From NCBI GenBank assembly GCA_964642165.1, contig CAZXOC010000003.1, positions 784 through 64,783 on the forward strand: a stretch of 64,000 nucleotides of DNA, read 5' to 3'. How positions within the stretch are numbered: position 1 is the first letter of the stretch; each line of letters starts with the position of its first letter. The translations under genes and the position numbers were made by a program. The stretch comes from an uncultured Planctomycetaceae bacterium (GTDB lineage: Bacteria; Planctomycetota; Phycisphaerae; SM23-33). Under the pieces are notes generated by a model. The model ran no database searches and was not told the DNA's origin. It worked only from the letters and a program-made list of their open reading frames with translations. Positions 19,940 through 29,116 of this stretch are shown here, piece after piece.

Positions 19940-22480
19940 ATGGAATCGCGTGATCCCCTGATCCCCCGGCGTGCTCTGCGCGCCGGGCTGTGCGTCCTGG
20001 CGGGCGCGGTGCTCTGGACGCCGCCGGGGGCCCCGCCGGAGCGGTCGCGTGCCGCGTGGGCACAAAGCCGGCCGGTCGGCCCGCCGTTCTTCGAGCGTTC
20101 CGGCAAGAAGAAGGGCCGCAAGCCCAAGGGCAAGCGGCGCAGGAGGAGGTCGGCGGAGTCCAGGCCGGCGAGCCGGCCGGGCGCAGCCGCGACGCAGCCG
20201 GCCTCCCGCCCCGCCCTGACCGTCGTGTGGCCGAAGGAGGACCTCGACCTCCGCGCCGAGCGCGCCGTGCGCCGCGGGCTGAGCTTCCTCTATCGGGCCC
20301 AGAAGCCCGACGGCTCGTGGGACAGCCGCTACGCCCAGCAGCATCCCGGCGGGGTGGAGTCGCTGGCGGTGCTGGCGGCCCTGTCGGCCGGGGAAGACCC
20401 CAAGCACCCCAAGCTCGCCGCCGCGCTGGTGTACCTCCAGCCGCTCGAGCCCCGGACGGCCTACGTGCGCGCCGTCCGCGCGATGCTCTACGCCCGCCTC
20501 GGCGGGGCGGACTACGCCGACCGGCTCCAGGAGGACGCCACCTGGCTGGCGCGGTACCAGTTGCGGTCGGGCGGCTGGGGCTACGGGCCCGGGTACCGCA
20601 CGACGCGCGACAACCCCATGTGGACCGACGTGTCCAACACGTTCCTGGCGATACGGGCCTTGCGGGACGCCGAGGCCGCCGGGGCGAAGGTGCCCCCCAA
20701 CACCTGGACCCGCTGCCGGTTCTACTGGTCGCGCGTCGCCAACGCCGACGGCGGGATCAGCTACCAGCCGACCGGGACGACGGGCTTCCGCCTTCGCGCC
20801 AGCAGCTACGGGTCGATGACCGCCGCGGGCATCTCGGCGCTGGGGATCCTCTCCGACCGGTGGGCGGCGCTGGACGAGCCGAACTTCGCCACGACCGGCC
20901 CGCGCCGCGCCAACCCGTCGCCGTACCAGAAGACCCTCGACGGCGCGCTGAAGTGGCTGGCGGCGAACCTCGACGTCGAGAGGAACCCCAAGTGGGTCTG
21001 GGGCGCCGGCGAGGCCTACGAGTACTACTACCTGTACGTCCTCCAGCACGTCGCCGGCGAGGGCGGCCGGGGAAGGCTCGGCGGAAGGGACTTCGTCCGC
21101 GAGTCGGCGGACGTGATCTGCTCGCGCCAGGGCCCCGACGGCAGTTGGTGCGACCCGCAGCTCCAGCCGGGCGCCGACGACGACCTCCTCGTCATCCGCA
21201 CGTGCTTCGCCCTGCTGGCGCTGGTCCGCGCGCGCGGGCCGGTCGTCGTCCACCGCCTGGCCCTGGCCGACGGGCCGCCCAACGACCCGCGCGACGCCGC
21301 CAACCTGACGCGGTGGATCGCCCGGCGGTTCCGCTGGTCGGCGGGTTGGCGTCACGTGACGCTCGACACCCCCGACGACGTGCTGCGCCGGGCGCCGCTC
21401 CTGTACGTCCACGCCGCCGCCAAGCAGTTCCCCCCGCCGCTGGGCCCGAAGCTCCGCGCGTTCGTCGCGGCCGGCGGCACGCTCGTCGTCCAGCCGTTCG
21501 CCGGCGAGGCCCAGACGGTCACGGCCGCGAAGGACTACCTCGTCCCGCTCTTCCCCGAGTACCAGCCGATCGACGTGCCCGACAGCCACCCCGTCTACTC
21601 GCTGTACTTCAAGGTGCCGTTGGCGGGGCGGCCGAAGCTGTTCGGCCTGGGCGACGGCTGCCGCACGCGCGTCTTCCTGTTCGCCTCGGACGTCAGCGGC
21701 GCGTGGCACCAGGACCGCGCGGAGCAGCACCCGGGCCTCTTCCAGTTGGGCGCGAACCTGCTGCTGTACACCACCGACCTCGCACCGCCCGTGGGGCAGC
21801 TCCGCGCCGGCGCGAAGCGGGCCGAGGGCCCCAAGCCCTTCCGGAGTCTCAAGCTGGCCCGCCTCCGGCACGGGGGGGACTGGAACGTCTGCCCGGGCGC
21901 GCTGCGGCGCCTGGGCGACGTGCTCAACGAGGCCGTCAGCCTCGGCGTGGCCGAAGCGCCCGCCGTCGATCCGACCGAGGCCGTCGACCACGGCATCGCC
22001 CTGCTGTGGCTGACGGGCACGCGCCCGCCGGTGCTGCTGCCCAGCCAGAAGACGGGGCTGAAGGCCTACCTCGAGGCCGGCGGGATGCTCCTCGTCGATT
22101 CGGCGATGGGTGACGAGGCCTTCACGCGCAAGGCCATCGGCCTGCTGACGGACCTGTTCGGCCCCGGCGCGGTCCGGGAGCTGCCGGGCGATCATCCGCT
22201 CCTGACCGGCTCGTTCGCCGGCGGGATGGGCAGCGACGTCACCCGGGTCGCGTACACCCGCGCGGCGAAGGCCGATCACCGCGAGGGGAAGGCCCCCACG
22301 CTGATGGGCCTGGTCCTGAACGGGCGCGTCGCGGCCGTGCTCAGCCCCGTCTCGGTGACCGGCCCGCTGGCGGGGCATCCCATCTACGGCTGCAAAGGCC
22401 TCAGCGGCCCCGACGCCGCGCGTCTCGCGGCCAACGTCGTCCTGTACGCCGCGACGCGCCGTCCGGGCGGCGGGACGTAG
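19940..22480 (+). CDS. Secreted prenyltransferase-repeat / 2x DUF4159-like protein (paralog 2)
   Basis: Signal-like MESRDPLIPRRALRAGLCVLAGAVLW (track ORF starts at 19895; start uncertain). Lys/Arg-rich linker. Repeats PDGSWDSRY, SGGWGYGP, NADGGISYQ, PDGSWCD. Two modules LLYVHAAAKQFPPPLGPKLRAFVAAGGTLVVQPFAG / LLWLTGTRPPVLLPSQKTGLKAYLEAGGMLLVDSAMG. Confidence 0.6.
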   Translation: MESRDPLIPRRALRAGLCVLAGAVLWTPPGAPPERSRAAWAQSRPVGPPFFERSGKKKGRKPKGKRRRRRSAESRPASRPGAAATQPASRPALTVVWPKEDLDLRAERAVRRGLSFLYRAQKPDGSWDSRYAQQHPGGVESLAVLAALSAGEDPKHPKLAAALVYLQPLEPRTAYVRAVRAMLYARLGGADYADRLQEDATWLARYQLRSGGWGYGPGYRTTRDNPMWTDVSNTFLAIRALRDAEAAGAKVPPNTWTRCRFYWSRVANADGGISYQPTGTTGFRLRASSYGSMTAAGISALGILSDRWAALDEPNFATTGPRRANPSPYQKTLDGALKWLAANLDVERNPKWVWGAGEAYEYYYLYVLQHVAGEGGRGRLGGRDFVRESADVICSRQGPDGSWCDPQLQPGADDDLLVIRTCFALLALVRARGPVVVHRLALADGPPNDPRDAANLTRWIARRFRWSAGWRHVTLDTPDDVLRRAPLLYVHAAAKQFPPPLGPKLRAFVAAGGTLVVQPFAGEAQTVTAAKDYLVPLFPEYQPIDVPDSHPVYSLYFKVPLAGRPKLFGLGDGCRTRVFLFASDVSGAWHQDRAEQHPGLFQLGANLLLYTTDLAPPVGQLRAGAKRAEGPKPFRSLKLARLRHGGDWNVCPGALRRLGDVLNEAVSLGVAEAPAVDPTEAVDHGIALLWLTGTRPPVLLPSQKTGLKAYLEAGGMLLVDSAMGDEAFTRKAIGLLTDLFGPGAVRELPGDHPLLTGSFAGGMGSDVTRVAYTRAAKADHREGKAPTLMGLVLNGRVAAVLSPVSVTGPLAGHPIYGCKGLSGPDAARLAANVVLYAATRRPGGGT

Positions 22481-22606
22481 CCCCTGCCGGGCGCCGCCCG
22501 GGGGCCTGCCGCAGGAACCCGAGCCGGGCGCCGACCGCGCCCGATTCCGCATTCCCGGCGGAAAACCCGCGCCGCCGCGGCGTCTTAGTTGTGGTCCGAG
22601 CGAGCC

Positions 22607-23110
22607 ATGGCCTCCATTGATCCGGCAACCCTGGGCGGCTGGTACGACGCGCACGCCGCGGCGCTGGTGCTCTACGCACGCCAGTTCGTTTCCCCGGGCG
22701 AGGCCGAGGACATCGTCCAGGACGTCTTCGTCCGCCTGATGGCGCAGCGCGGGCGGCCGGACAACGCCAGGGCCTGGCTGTTCCGCTCCGTGCGGAACGC
22801 CGCGGTGTCCAGGCTGCGGGCCGGGCACCGCCGGCGCCGGCGGGAGCAGGCCCGGGCCGCCGGGCGCCGCGAGGCGTTCGAGAGCCGCCCGGAAGACCTG
22901 ATCGACGCCCGGGTGGCACGACAGCTTCTGGCGTCGCTGCCTCAGGACCAGCGCGAAGTGGTCGTCCTGCGGGTCTGGTCGGGCCTGACGCTGCGGGAGA
23001 TCGCCGAGACGACGGACGCCGGCATCACGAGCGTGTTCCGGCGGTATCGGGCGGGTCTGGCCGCCCTGCGGAAAGGAATGGAATCGTCATGCCACAAGAA
23101 GAGCGTCTGA
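22607..23110 (+). CDS. ECF-type RNA polymerase sigma factor (sigma-70 family)
   Basis: Region 2 (AEDIVQDVFVRLM..ARAWLFRSVRNAAVS) and region 4 HTH (VVVLRVWSGLTLREIAETTDAGITSVFRRYRAGL). ATG at 22607 in frame with the TTG-initiated track ORF. Confidence 0.8.
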   Translation: MASIDPATLGGWYDAHAAALVLYARQFVSPGEAEDIVQDVFVRLMAQRGRPDNARAWLFRSVRNAAVSRLRAGHRRRRREQARAAGRREAFESRPEDLIDARVARQLLASLPQDQREVVVLRVWSGLTLREIAETTDAGITSVFRRYRAGLAALRKGMESSCHKKSV

Positions 23111-23604
23111 CACCCGCGGAGGAGGAGTTGGCCGCAGCGCTCGGCCGGCTCGCCCCCGCACGGCCGCGCATCGACCGCGACCGGCTCCTGTTCCTCGCCG
23201 GGCGGGCCTCGGCCCGTCGGGCCCTGCGCGGCTGGCAGGGCGCGGCGGCGGCGATGGCGGCCTGCCTTGCGGCGGCGATCGCGCTGCGTCCGGCCGCGCC
23301 CGGGGTGCCTCCCGTCGTCCCGAGCCCCGCGGCGCCCGTGGTTGCCCGTCACCCCGCCGCGCCGGAGGCCGAGCCCTGGCCCGCGCTGGCGGCGGCCGTG
23401 GCGCCGCGCGGCGGCTACGCCCGCCTGCGCGACGACGTGCTCCGCCGCGGCGTGGCGGCCCTGCCCCCCATGGGCGAGTCCCGCCGCGAGGGCGACCCGC
23501 TGACGCTGGCCGATGCCCGGCAGGCCCCGGCGCTGCGCCGGGCCGACCGGGCCGGCCTGTCCATCGTGTGGAGCTTCCTTCTTCCCGGGAGGGCGAACCC
23601 ATGA
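23089..23604 (+). CDS. Putative anti-sigma factor (single-pass membrane protein)
   Basis: Overlaps the sigma gene 3' end by 22 nt. N-terminal cytoplasmic segment, central hydrophobic helix AAAMAACLAAAIAL, Pro/Ala-rich periplasmic tail. The call is by position and topology only. Confidence 0.4.
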   Translation: MPQEERLTPAEEELAAALGRLAPARPRIDRDRLLFLAGRASARRALRGWQGAAAAMAACLAAAIALRPAAPGVPPVVPSPAAPVVARHPAAPEAEPWPALAAAVAPRGGYARLRDDVLRRGVAALPPMGESRREGDPLTLADARQAPALRRADRAGLSIVWSFLLPGRANP

Positions 23605-24992
23605 AACGAAGCGTGACTTGCATTCTGGCCGTCGTGCTGCTGCTGGTCGCCGCGGCCGGACCGGCATCGGCCGGCAAGGACGACTCCCCGAACGTCATCC
23701 GCATGACGGTGCGCCCGGCCGGCGAGCCGGTCCCGGCGCTGAAGTACCGGCTCCTGCCGGAGCTGCTGGAGCAGACGCCCGGCAACGCGGCGCTGCTGTA
23801 CTACCGCATGCTCGACCGCATCGACGGCAAGGACGACGCCGAGCAGCTCGAGGAGTGGCTCGAGATGCCGCCGGGCGAGCTGCCGCGCAAGGAGGTGAAG
23901 GCCCTGCTCGGCAGGTACCGCGCCGTGCTGGACGAGACGCGGCGCGCCGCCCGCCGCGACCACTGTGACTGGGCGTTTCCCTTCCGCGAGGAGGGCTTCG
24001 CCCTGACGCTCCCGCCGTTGACGAAGCTCCGCCATCTCGGCTGGCTGCTGGCCCTGCGGGCGCGCCTCCAGATGGCGGAAGGCGACACCGACCAGGCCGT
24101 CCACACGCTCCAGACGGGCTTTGCCTTCGCCCGCCACCAGGCCGACGGGACGCTCCTCGTCAACGGGCTGGTGGGCGTGGGCATCGCCAATCGAATGCTC
24201 CAGCAAGTCCAGCAGCTCAGCCAGATGCCCGACGCACCCAATCTCTACTGGGCCCTGGCGACGATCCGGCCCCCGGCCATCGACCTCCAGAGGGGCGTCC
24301 AATACGAAATGGACGGGATCTACCTCTGGTCCCCCGCCCTGCGGAACGTCCGAACGGGCAGAGGCCTCACCGAGGAGCAGTGGCAGGACTTCCTCGGTCT
24401 GGCCCTCGGCGCCGGCAAGGACACCCACCGGAAGCTGCAGGCCGTCGCCCTGTCCATCAAGCTCTATCCGCACGCCAAGCAGTACCTGGCGTCCCGCGGG
24501 TACAGCCGCCGGCAGATCGACGAAATGCCCGTTCGCAGGGCGCTGGCCACCTACGTGGTCGAGACCTCCCAGCGGATCAGCCACGACGTCTACAAGTGGT
24601 TCCTCCTGCCCTACCGGGAGGCCCACCCGGGCATCCGCGAGGGAGAGAAGGTCATCCGCCGGGCGGCCGTGGACCCGGCCATGCCCGGCTTCCCCCTGAC
24701 CATGCTGCTGCCCGCGCTGGGGCGGGCGTACTTCCTGCAGGTTCGGCTGGACCGGCGGATCGCGGCGCTGCGCTGCGTCGAGGCGGTGCGGATGTATGCC
24801 GCTGCCCATGACGGCAAGCTGCCGGCAAAGCTGCTCGACGTCCGCGAGCCGCCGATCCCCCTGAACCCGGCCACCGGCGAGCCGTTCGCCTACCAGGCCG
24901 CCGGAAACAAGTTCACGCTCATCGCCGGCGCGCCGCCGGACATGTCGCCCCGGGAGACCGACCGGTACGAAGTGACCGTGATCGCGAAGTAG
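23601..24992 (+). CDS. Secreted hypothetical protein (ECF-sigma cassette member 1)
   Basis: ATGA overlap with the upstream gene. Signal peptide MKRSVTCILAVVLLLVAAAGPASAG. C-terminal segment CVEAVRMYAAAHDGKLPAKLLD...TLIAG resembles the DUF1559-type motif (xNYHDxxGxLPP) common in Planctomycetes. Confidence 0.5.
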   Translation: MKRSVTCILAVVLLLVAAAGPASAGKDDSPNVIRMTVRPAGEPVPALKYRLLPELLEQTPGNAALLYYRMLDRIDGKDDAEQLEEWLEMPPGELPRKEVKALLGRYRAVLDETRRAARRDHCDWAFPFREEGFALTLPPLTKLRHLGWLLALRARLQMAEGDTDQAVHTLQTGFAFARHQADGTLLVNGLVGVGIANRMLQQVQQLSQMPDAPNLYWALATIRPPAIDLQRGVQYEMDGIYLWSPALRNVRTGRGLTEEQWQDFLGLALGAGKDTHRKLQAVALSIKLYPHAKQYLASRGYSRRQIDEMPVRRALATYVVETSQRISHDVYKWFLLPYREAHPGIREGEKVIRRAAVDPAMPGFPLTMLLPALGRAYFLQVRLDRRIAALRCVEAVRMYAAAHDGKLPAKLLDVREPPIPLNPATGEPFAYQAAGNKFTLIAGAPPDMSPRETDRYEVTVIAK

Positions 24993-25003
24993 GCCCTCCG
25001 CCC

Positions 25004-26404
25004 GTGAGGAGAATCCCCATGCGAACCCTTGCCGTCCTCTTCGGCGTCCTGATGGCGACGGGGGCCGCCGCCGAACCGGCCCGAGCGTCCGATCCCGACG
25101 CCCTGGCCAAGGCCGTCGCCCCGTTCATCGACGAGCAGACCCTCGCCGTGGTGCACGCCGACCTGACGCGGATCGACCCGAACGCCGCCTTCGGGCGCCT
25201 GGCGAAGCTCCTCGGCCCGCTGGGGCCCCGCGAGGCGGCGGAGCTACCCGGCGTCCGGGGCGTCGTCTGCCAGGTGGCCGCCGACCTGCTCAAGGCCGGG
25301 GCACGCGACGCGTTCCTCGTCGTCAGCCTCGCCGACGTCCCCGCCGAGCCGCTGCTGATCGTCATCCCGCTCGCGCCCGGGGCGAACGAGCGGGCGCTCC
25401 GCGGGCTGCTCTACAGCGGCCGGGCCGACGGGCCGACCGAGCGCCCGGACAATCCCCCCGGCCGCGGCCACGCCCGCACGCAGGTCCGCGTGGTCCGCAA
25501 CGCCGTGGTGCGCTGCGAGTGGCCGATCCTCCAGCGCGTGCTGAAGATGAAGCCGCACGCGCGGCCGGAACTGGCGAAGGCCTTCGCCGCCGCGGGGGAC
25601 ACGGCCGTCCACGGGCTGCTGCTGCCGACGGCGGACAACCGACGCGTCATCGAGGAGATGATGCCCGAGCTGCCCAAGGAGATCGGCGGCGGGCCCAGCA
25701 CGGCGCTGACCCGGGGGCTGCTCTGGGCCGCCGTGGGCGTCAACGCGCCGCCGAAGCCCTCGCTTCGCCTGGTGATCCAGTCGGCCGACGCGGATTCGGC
25801 CAAGGCCATGGCCGGCGTGCTCGGCGGCGTCTACCGGATGCTCGCCACCCTGGACGAGGCCCGGCGCGTCGTGCCCCAGATCGACAAGCTCCTCGCCGCG
25901 CTGACGCCCCGCGTCGCGCGCGACCGCCTCGTGCTCGACCTGCCGCCCGAGAAGCTCGACGCCCTGCTGGACGGCCCGGTGGCCTCCGCCGTCCGCGCCG
26001 AGCGGGATCGGCAGCGCGCCCACGCCTCGTCGACGCACCTCCGCGTCATCGGCGCGGCCGTCAACACCTACAAGGGCAGGCACGACGGCACCTACCCGCC
26101 CGACCTCGCGGCGCTGATCCGGGAAGGGATCCTGGGCAAGCGGTCGCTGGTGAGCCCGCTGACCGGCAAGCGGGGCTATGTCTACATCCGCCCGCCGGCC
26201 GGGCTAGGCCCCGAGAAGGCCGGGCGGACACCGATGGCCTACGAGGACCCCGCCACGCACGGCCGCAAACAGACCCACGTGCTCTTTGTCGACCCCCACG
26301 TCGAGCGCGTGACCGTTGACGAGCGCTTTGGCGATCTGGTAGAGCAGGCGAAGGCGGCCTCGGCGAAGGCGTACGCCCCGCAGCGCGAGAAGATCAGGGA
26401 CTAG
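25004..26404 (+). CDS. Secreted hypothetical protein with a DUF1559-like C-terminal module (ECF-sigma cassette member 2)
   Basis: Signal peptide MRTLAVLFGVLMATGAAA. C-terminal THLRVIGAAVNTYKGRHDGTYPPDLAALI ... THVLFVDPHVERV resembles the DUF1559 / H-X9-DG motif pair. Confidence 0.5.
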   Translation: MRRIPMRTLAVLFGVLMATGAAAEPARASDPDALAKAVAPFIDEQTLAVVHADLTRIDPNAAFGRLAKLLGPLGPREAAELPGVRGVVCQVAADLLKAGARDAFLVVSLADVPAEPLLIVIPLAPGANERALRGLLYSGRADGPTERPDNPPGRGHARTQVRVVRNAVVRCEWPILQRVLKMKPHARPELAKAFAAAGDTAVHGLLLPTADNRRVIEEMMPELPKEIGGGPSTALTRGLLWAAVGVNAPPKPSLRLVIQSADADSAKAMAGVLGGVYRMLATLDEARRVVPQIDKLLAALTPRVARDRLVLDLPPEKLDALLDGPVASAVRAERDRQRAHASSTHLRVIGAAVNTYKGRHDGTYPPDLAALIREGILGKRSLVSPLTGKRGYVYIRPPAGLGPEKAGRTPMAYEDPATHGRKQTHVLFVDPHVERVTVDERFGDLVEQAKAASAKAYAPQREKIRD

Positions 26405-26450
26405 CGGCGGACTGCCCGCCGATCGCCGCCGGTACTCGGGAGGTTCCGAC

Positions 26451-29033
26451 ATGCGGAACGCGGGAATCGCGGCGGCGGGCGTGGTGGTCTGTGCGGTCTT
26501 CGGCCTGCCGGCAGCGGCGGGTGAGCCGGGGGGTACGAGCATCCGCTGTGCCGACCTGCCGGCGTCGAAACAGGGCCGGTTCCCCGTCCACGTGCCGACC
26601 TGCGACGGCGTCGAGCAGCTCCTCGTGCTGTCCAGCCGCTGGGTCGTCGTGGTCACCACCGACGTCGCCGAGGTGGTGCGCAAGATCGGCGACCTCTCGG
26701 GCGGCGAGCTGATGCGGATGGTGGACACCTGGGAGACGAGCTCCAAGGCGGGGCGGCCGAACTGGACCGCCTACCGCGGGCGCGGCCGGGTCCGCGACCG
26801 GTTCATCGCCCGGGCCCGGGAACTCGTGGGGGAGCGCAAGCTGGGCGATCCGGCGTTCTTCTCAGTGACGAGCGGGGACGACCCGGCCTATGCCCGGGCG
26901 CGCCATCCCTCGCGCGCGACGCGCGTGCTGGTGAGCCTCGGCGGGGGGAGGGTCCGCGGCTCCCACGCCATCCACTACGCCCACTACTCGTACCTCCAGA
27001 TGCCCGCGGCGCTGCGGAGCGGGCGGCACTACGCGATTGCCCTCGGCAGCGGCAAGCGGGTGGCGTTTCTCTACGACGAGATGCGGACCGTCTCGCGGGC
27101 GATCAAGGTCAACCAGGTGGGCTACCTGCCGGGCGCGCCCGCCAAGTACGCCTACCTCGGCTGCCACCTCTACGAGCACGGGCCGATGGACTTCTCCTAC
27201 GCCAAGGAGTTCAAGGTCGTCTCGGCGGCGACGGGCAAGGTCGTCCTGACGGGACCGATCCGCCTCCGCGAGAAGGACCCGCGCTTCGCGCCGCACGACA
27301 AGGCGCCGGACGCGGCCAAACGCCCGCCGACCTGCGGCGAGGACGTCTACGAGATGGACCTGTCCGCCCTGGCCGAGCCGGGTGAGTTCTTCCTCAGCGT
27401 CCCCGGCGTGGGGCGGTCGTGGACGTTCCGCCACGCGGCGGACGTCTACGGCGAGGCGTTCTACGTGGCCTGCCGCGGGCTGTACCACCAGCGCTGCGGC
27501 ATCGCCCTGACGCCGACGTACACGCCCTGGACGCGGATCAAGTCCGACATGCACGCCACCGTGTACGAGTCGGAGCACGTCGTCTTCCCGCCGCACCTGG
27601 TCGAGCGCCCGAAGGGGTACGCCGTCTTCGACGTCATCGGCGGCAGCACCGACACGTCCCGCAAGACCACCGGCGTCGTCGGCGGCTGGCACGACGCCGC
27701 CGACTGGGACCGCAACCTCTACCACTACTCCTGCATCTTCGACCTGCTGAACGCCTACGAGGCCGCCCCGGCCAAGTTCGCCGACGGGCAGCTCCACATC
27801 CCCGAGTCCGGCAACGGCGTCCCGGACATCCTCGACGAGGCGGAGTTCGGCCTGCGGGTCTGGCGGCACAGCCAGGACGCTCGCGGCGGCGTCTCCGGCA
27901 TGGTCGAGACGTGGACGCACCCGAAGATCGACGACCCGAAGTGCACGTACTCCTTCTCGCGGCGGACGCGGTGGAGCTCGCTGATCTACGCGGCCGCGGC
28001 AGCACAGCTCGCCCAGCACGTGAAGGCCTTCGATCGGAAGCTGGCGGAGACGTACGCGGCCTCGGCGGAGAAGGCGTATCGCTTTGGGGCCGACCCGGCG
28101 AACTCGCTGGGGAAGGTCGTGTTCCACGCGAAGAAGAACCGCGGCCGCGGCGAGCCGTACACGTTGCCATGGGAGGAGAAGGACGAGCACAGCCGTCCGT
28201 ACCTGGTCCACGCGAAGCTGCGGCTGTACCTGCTCACGGGGGACAAGGCGTACCTGTCGGGCCTGGCCGCGCTGGCCGGCGACTCCCACCCGCCGTTCCA
28301 GTGGCGTTTCTCGCAGAAGGACTACTCGTGCTGGCTGTACGTCGATATCGTCCGCGGCGCGGCGGCGGCGCTGCCGAGGGAGCTGGTCGACACGTGGCGG
28401 CGGTTCTACTTCGGCAAGGCCGACGAGCTCGAGGCGCTGTTCGAGAGGATGCCGTACCGGCGGACCTGGCCGCGGCACCAGGACTTCTGGGCGGGGTGGG
28501 GCGCGTCGGACGTGACGAACCACAATCGCCCGCTGCTGACGGCGTACCACCTGACGGGCGACCGCAAGTATCTCGCCGCGGCGGTCGGCAACGCCGACTT
28601 CATGCTCGGGGCCAACCCGATGGGCATGTGCTGGACGACGGGCCTGGGCTTCGTCTATCCCATCGACATCCAGCACGCCAACAGCGAGACGGACGGCATC
28701 GCCGACCCCGTCCCGGGCATCACGCTCTACGGCATCACGGGCGGGCCCATCTACCACACGTTTCGCAACACCGTCTGGCAGTCGCCCGCGCCCGGCGGCG
28801 GGACCGTGGACTTCATCACGCCGGCCAACAGGAACGTCCCGTTCTGGCGGCGCTGGGCGTGCCATCCGCACCAGAACGTCGCGCAGTGCGAGTTCACCGT
28901 GCACGAAACCATGGCCTCGACGATCTTCACCTGCGCCATGCTCATGCCCGACCGCTGGATGCCGAGCGAGCAACTCAAGCGCCGCCGCCCCCGCCGCGAC
29001 GAGCTGCTCTTCGGCACCTGGTACCTGCCGTAG
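26451..29033 (+). CDS. Secreted large protein, putative six-hairpin glycoside hydrolase (GH9-like)
   Basis: Signal peptide MRNAGIAAAGVVVCAVFGLPAAAG. GGWHDAADWDRNLYHY resembles the GH9 GGWYDAGDHVKF motif. N-terminal Ig-like region. 860 aa. Family assignment is tentative. Confidence 0.45.
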   Translation: MRNAGIAAAGVVVCAVFGLPAAAGEPGGTSIRCADLPASKQGRFPVHVPTCDGVEQLLVLSSRWVVVVTTDVAEVVRKIGDLSGGELMRMVDTWETSSKAGRPNWTAYRGRGRVRDRFIARARELVGERKLGDPAFFSVTSGDDPAYARARHPSRATRVLVSLGGGRVRGSHAIHYAHYSYLQMPAALRSGRHYAIALGSGKRVAFLYDEMRTVSRAIKVNQVGYLPGAPAKYAYLGCHLYEHGPMDFSYAKEFKVVSAATGKVVLTGPIRLREKDPRFAPHDKAPDAAKRPPTCGEDVYEMDLSALAEPGEFFLSVPGVGRSWTFRHAADVYGEAFYVACRGLYHQRCGIALTPTYTPWTRIKSDMHATVYESEHVVFPPHLVERPKGYAVFDVIGGSTDTSRKTTGVVGGWHDAADWDRNLYHYSCIFDLLNAYEAAPAKFADGQLHIPESGNGVPDILDEAEFGLRVWRHSQDARGGVSGMVETWTHPKIDDPKCTYSFSRRTRWSSLIYAAAAAQLAQHVKAFDRKLAETYAASAEKAYRFGADPANSLGKVVFHAKKNRGRGEPYTLPWEEKDEHSRPYLVHAKLRLYLLTGDKAYLSGLAALAGDSHPPFQWRFSQKDYSCWLYVDIVRGAAAALPRELVDTWRRFYFGKADELEALFERMPYRRTWPRHQDFWAGWGASDVTNHNRPLLTAYHLTGDRKYLAAAVGNADFMLGANPMGMCWTTGLGFVYPIDIQHANSETDGIADPVPGITLYGITGGPIYHTFRNTVWQSPAPGGGTVDFITPANRNVPFWRRWACHPHQNVAQCEFTVHETMASTIFTCAMLMPDRWMPSEQLKRRRPRRDELLFGTWYLP

Positions 29034-29116
29034 CAATCGCCAAGCCCGATCGCGCCGCCTTGTGTTTCATGAATGGACCGGCCGGCCGAATGGCTCGCCA
29101 GGGAGGACGACACACG

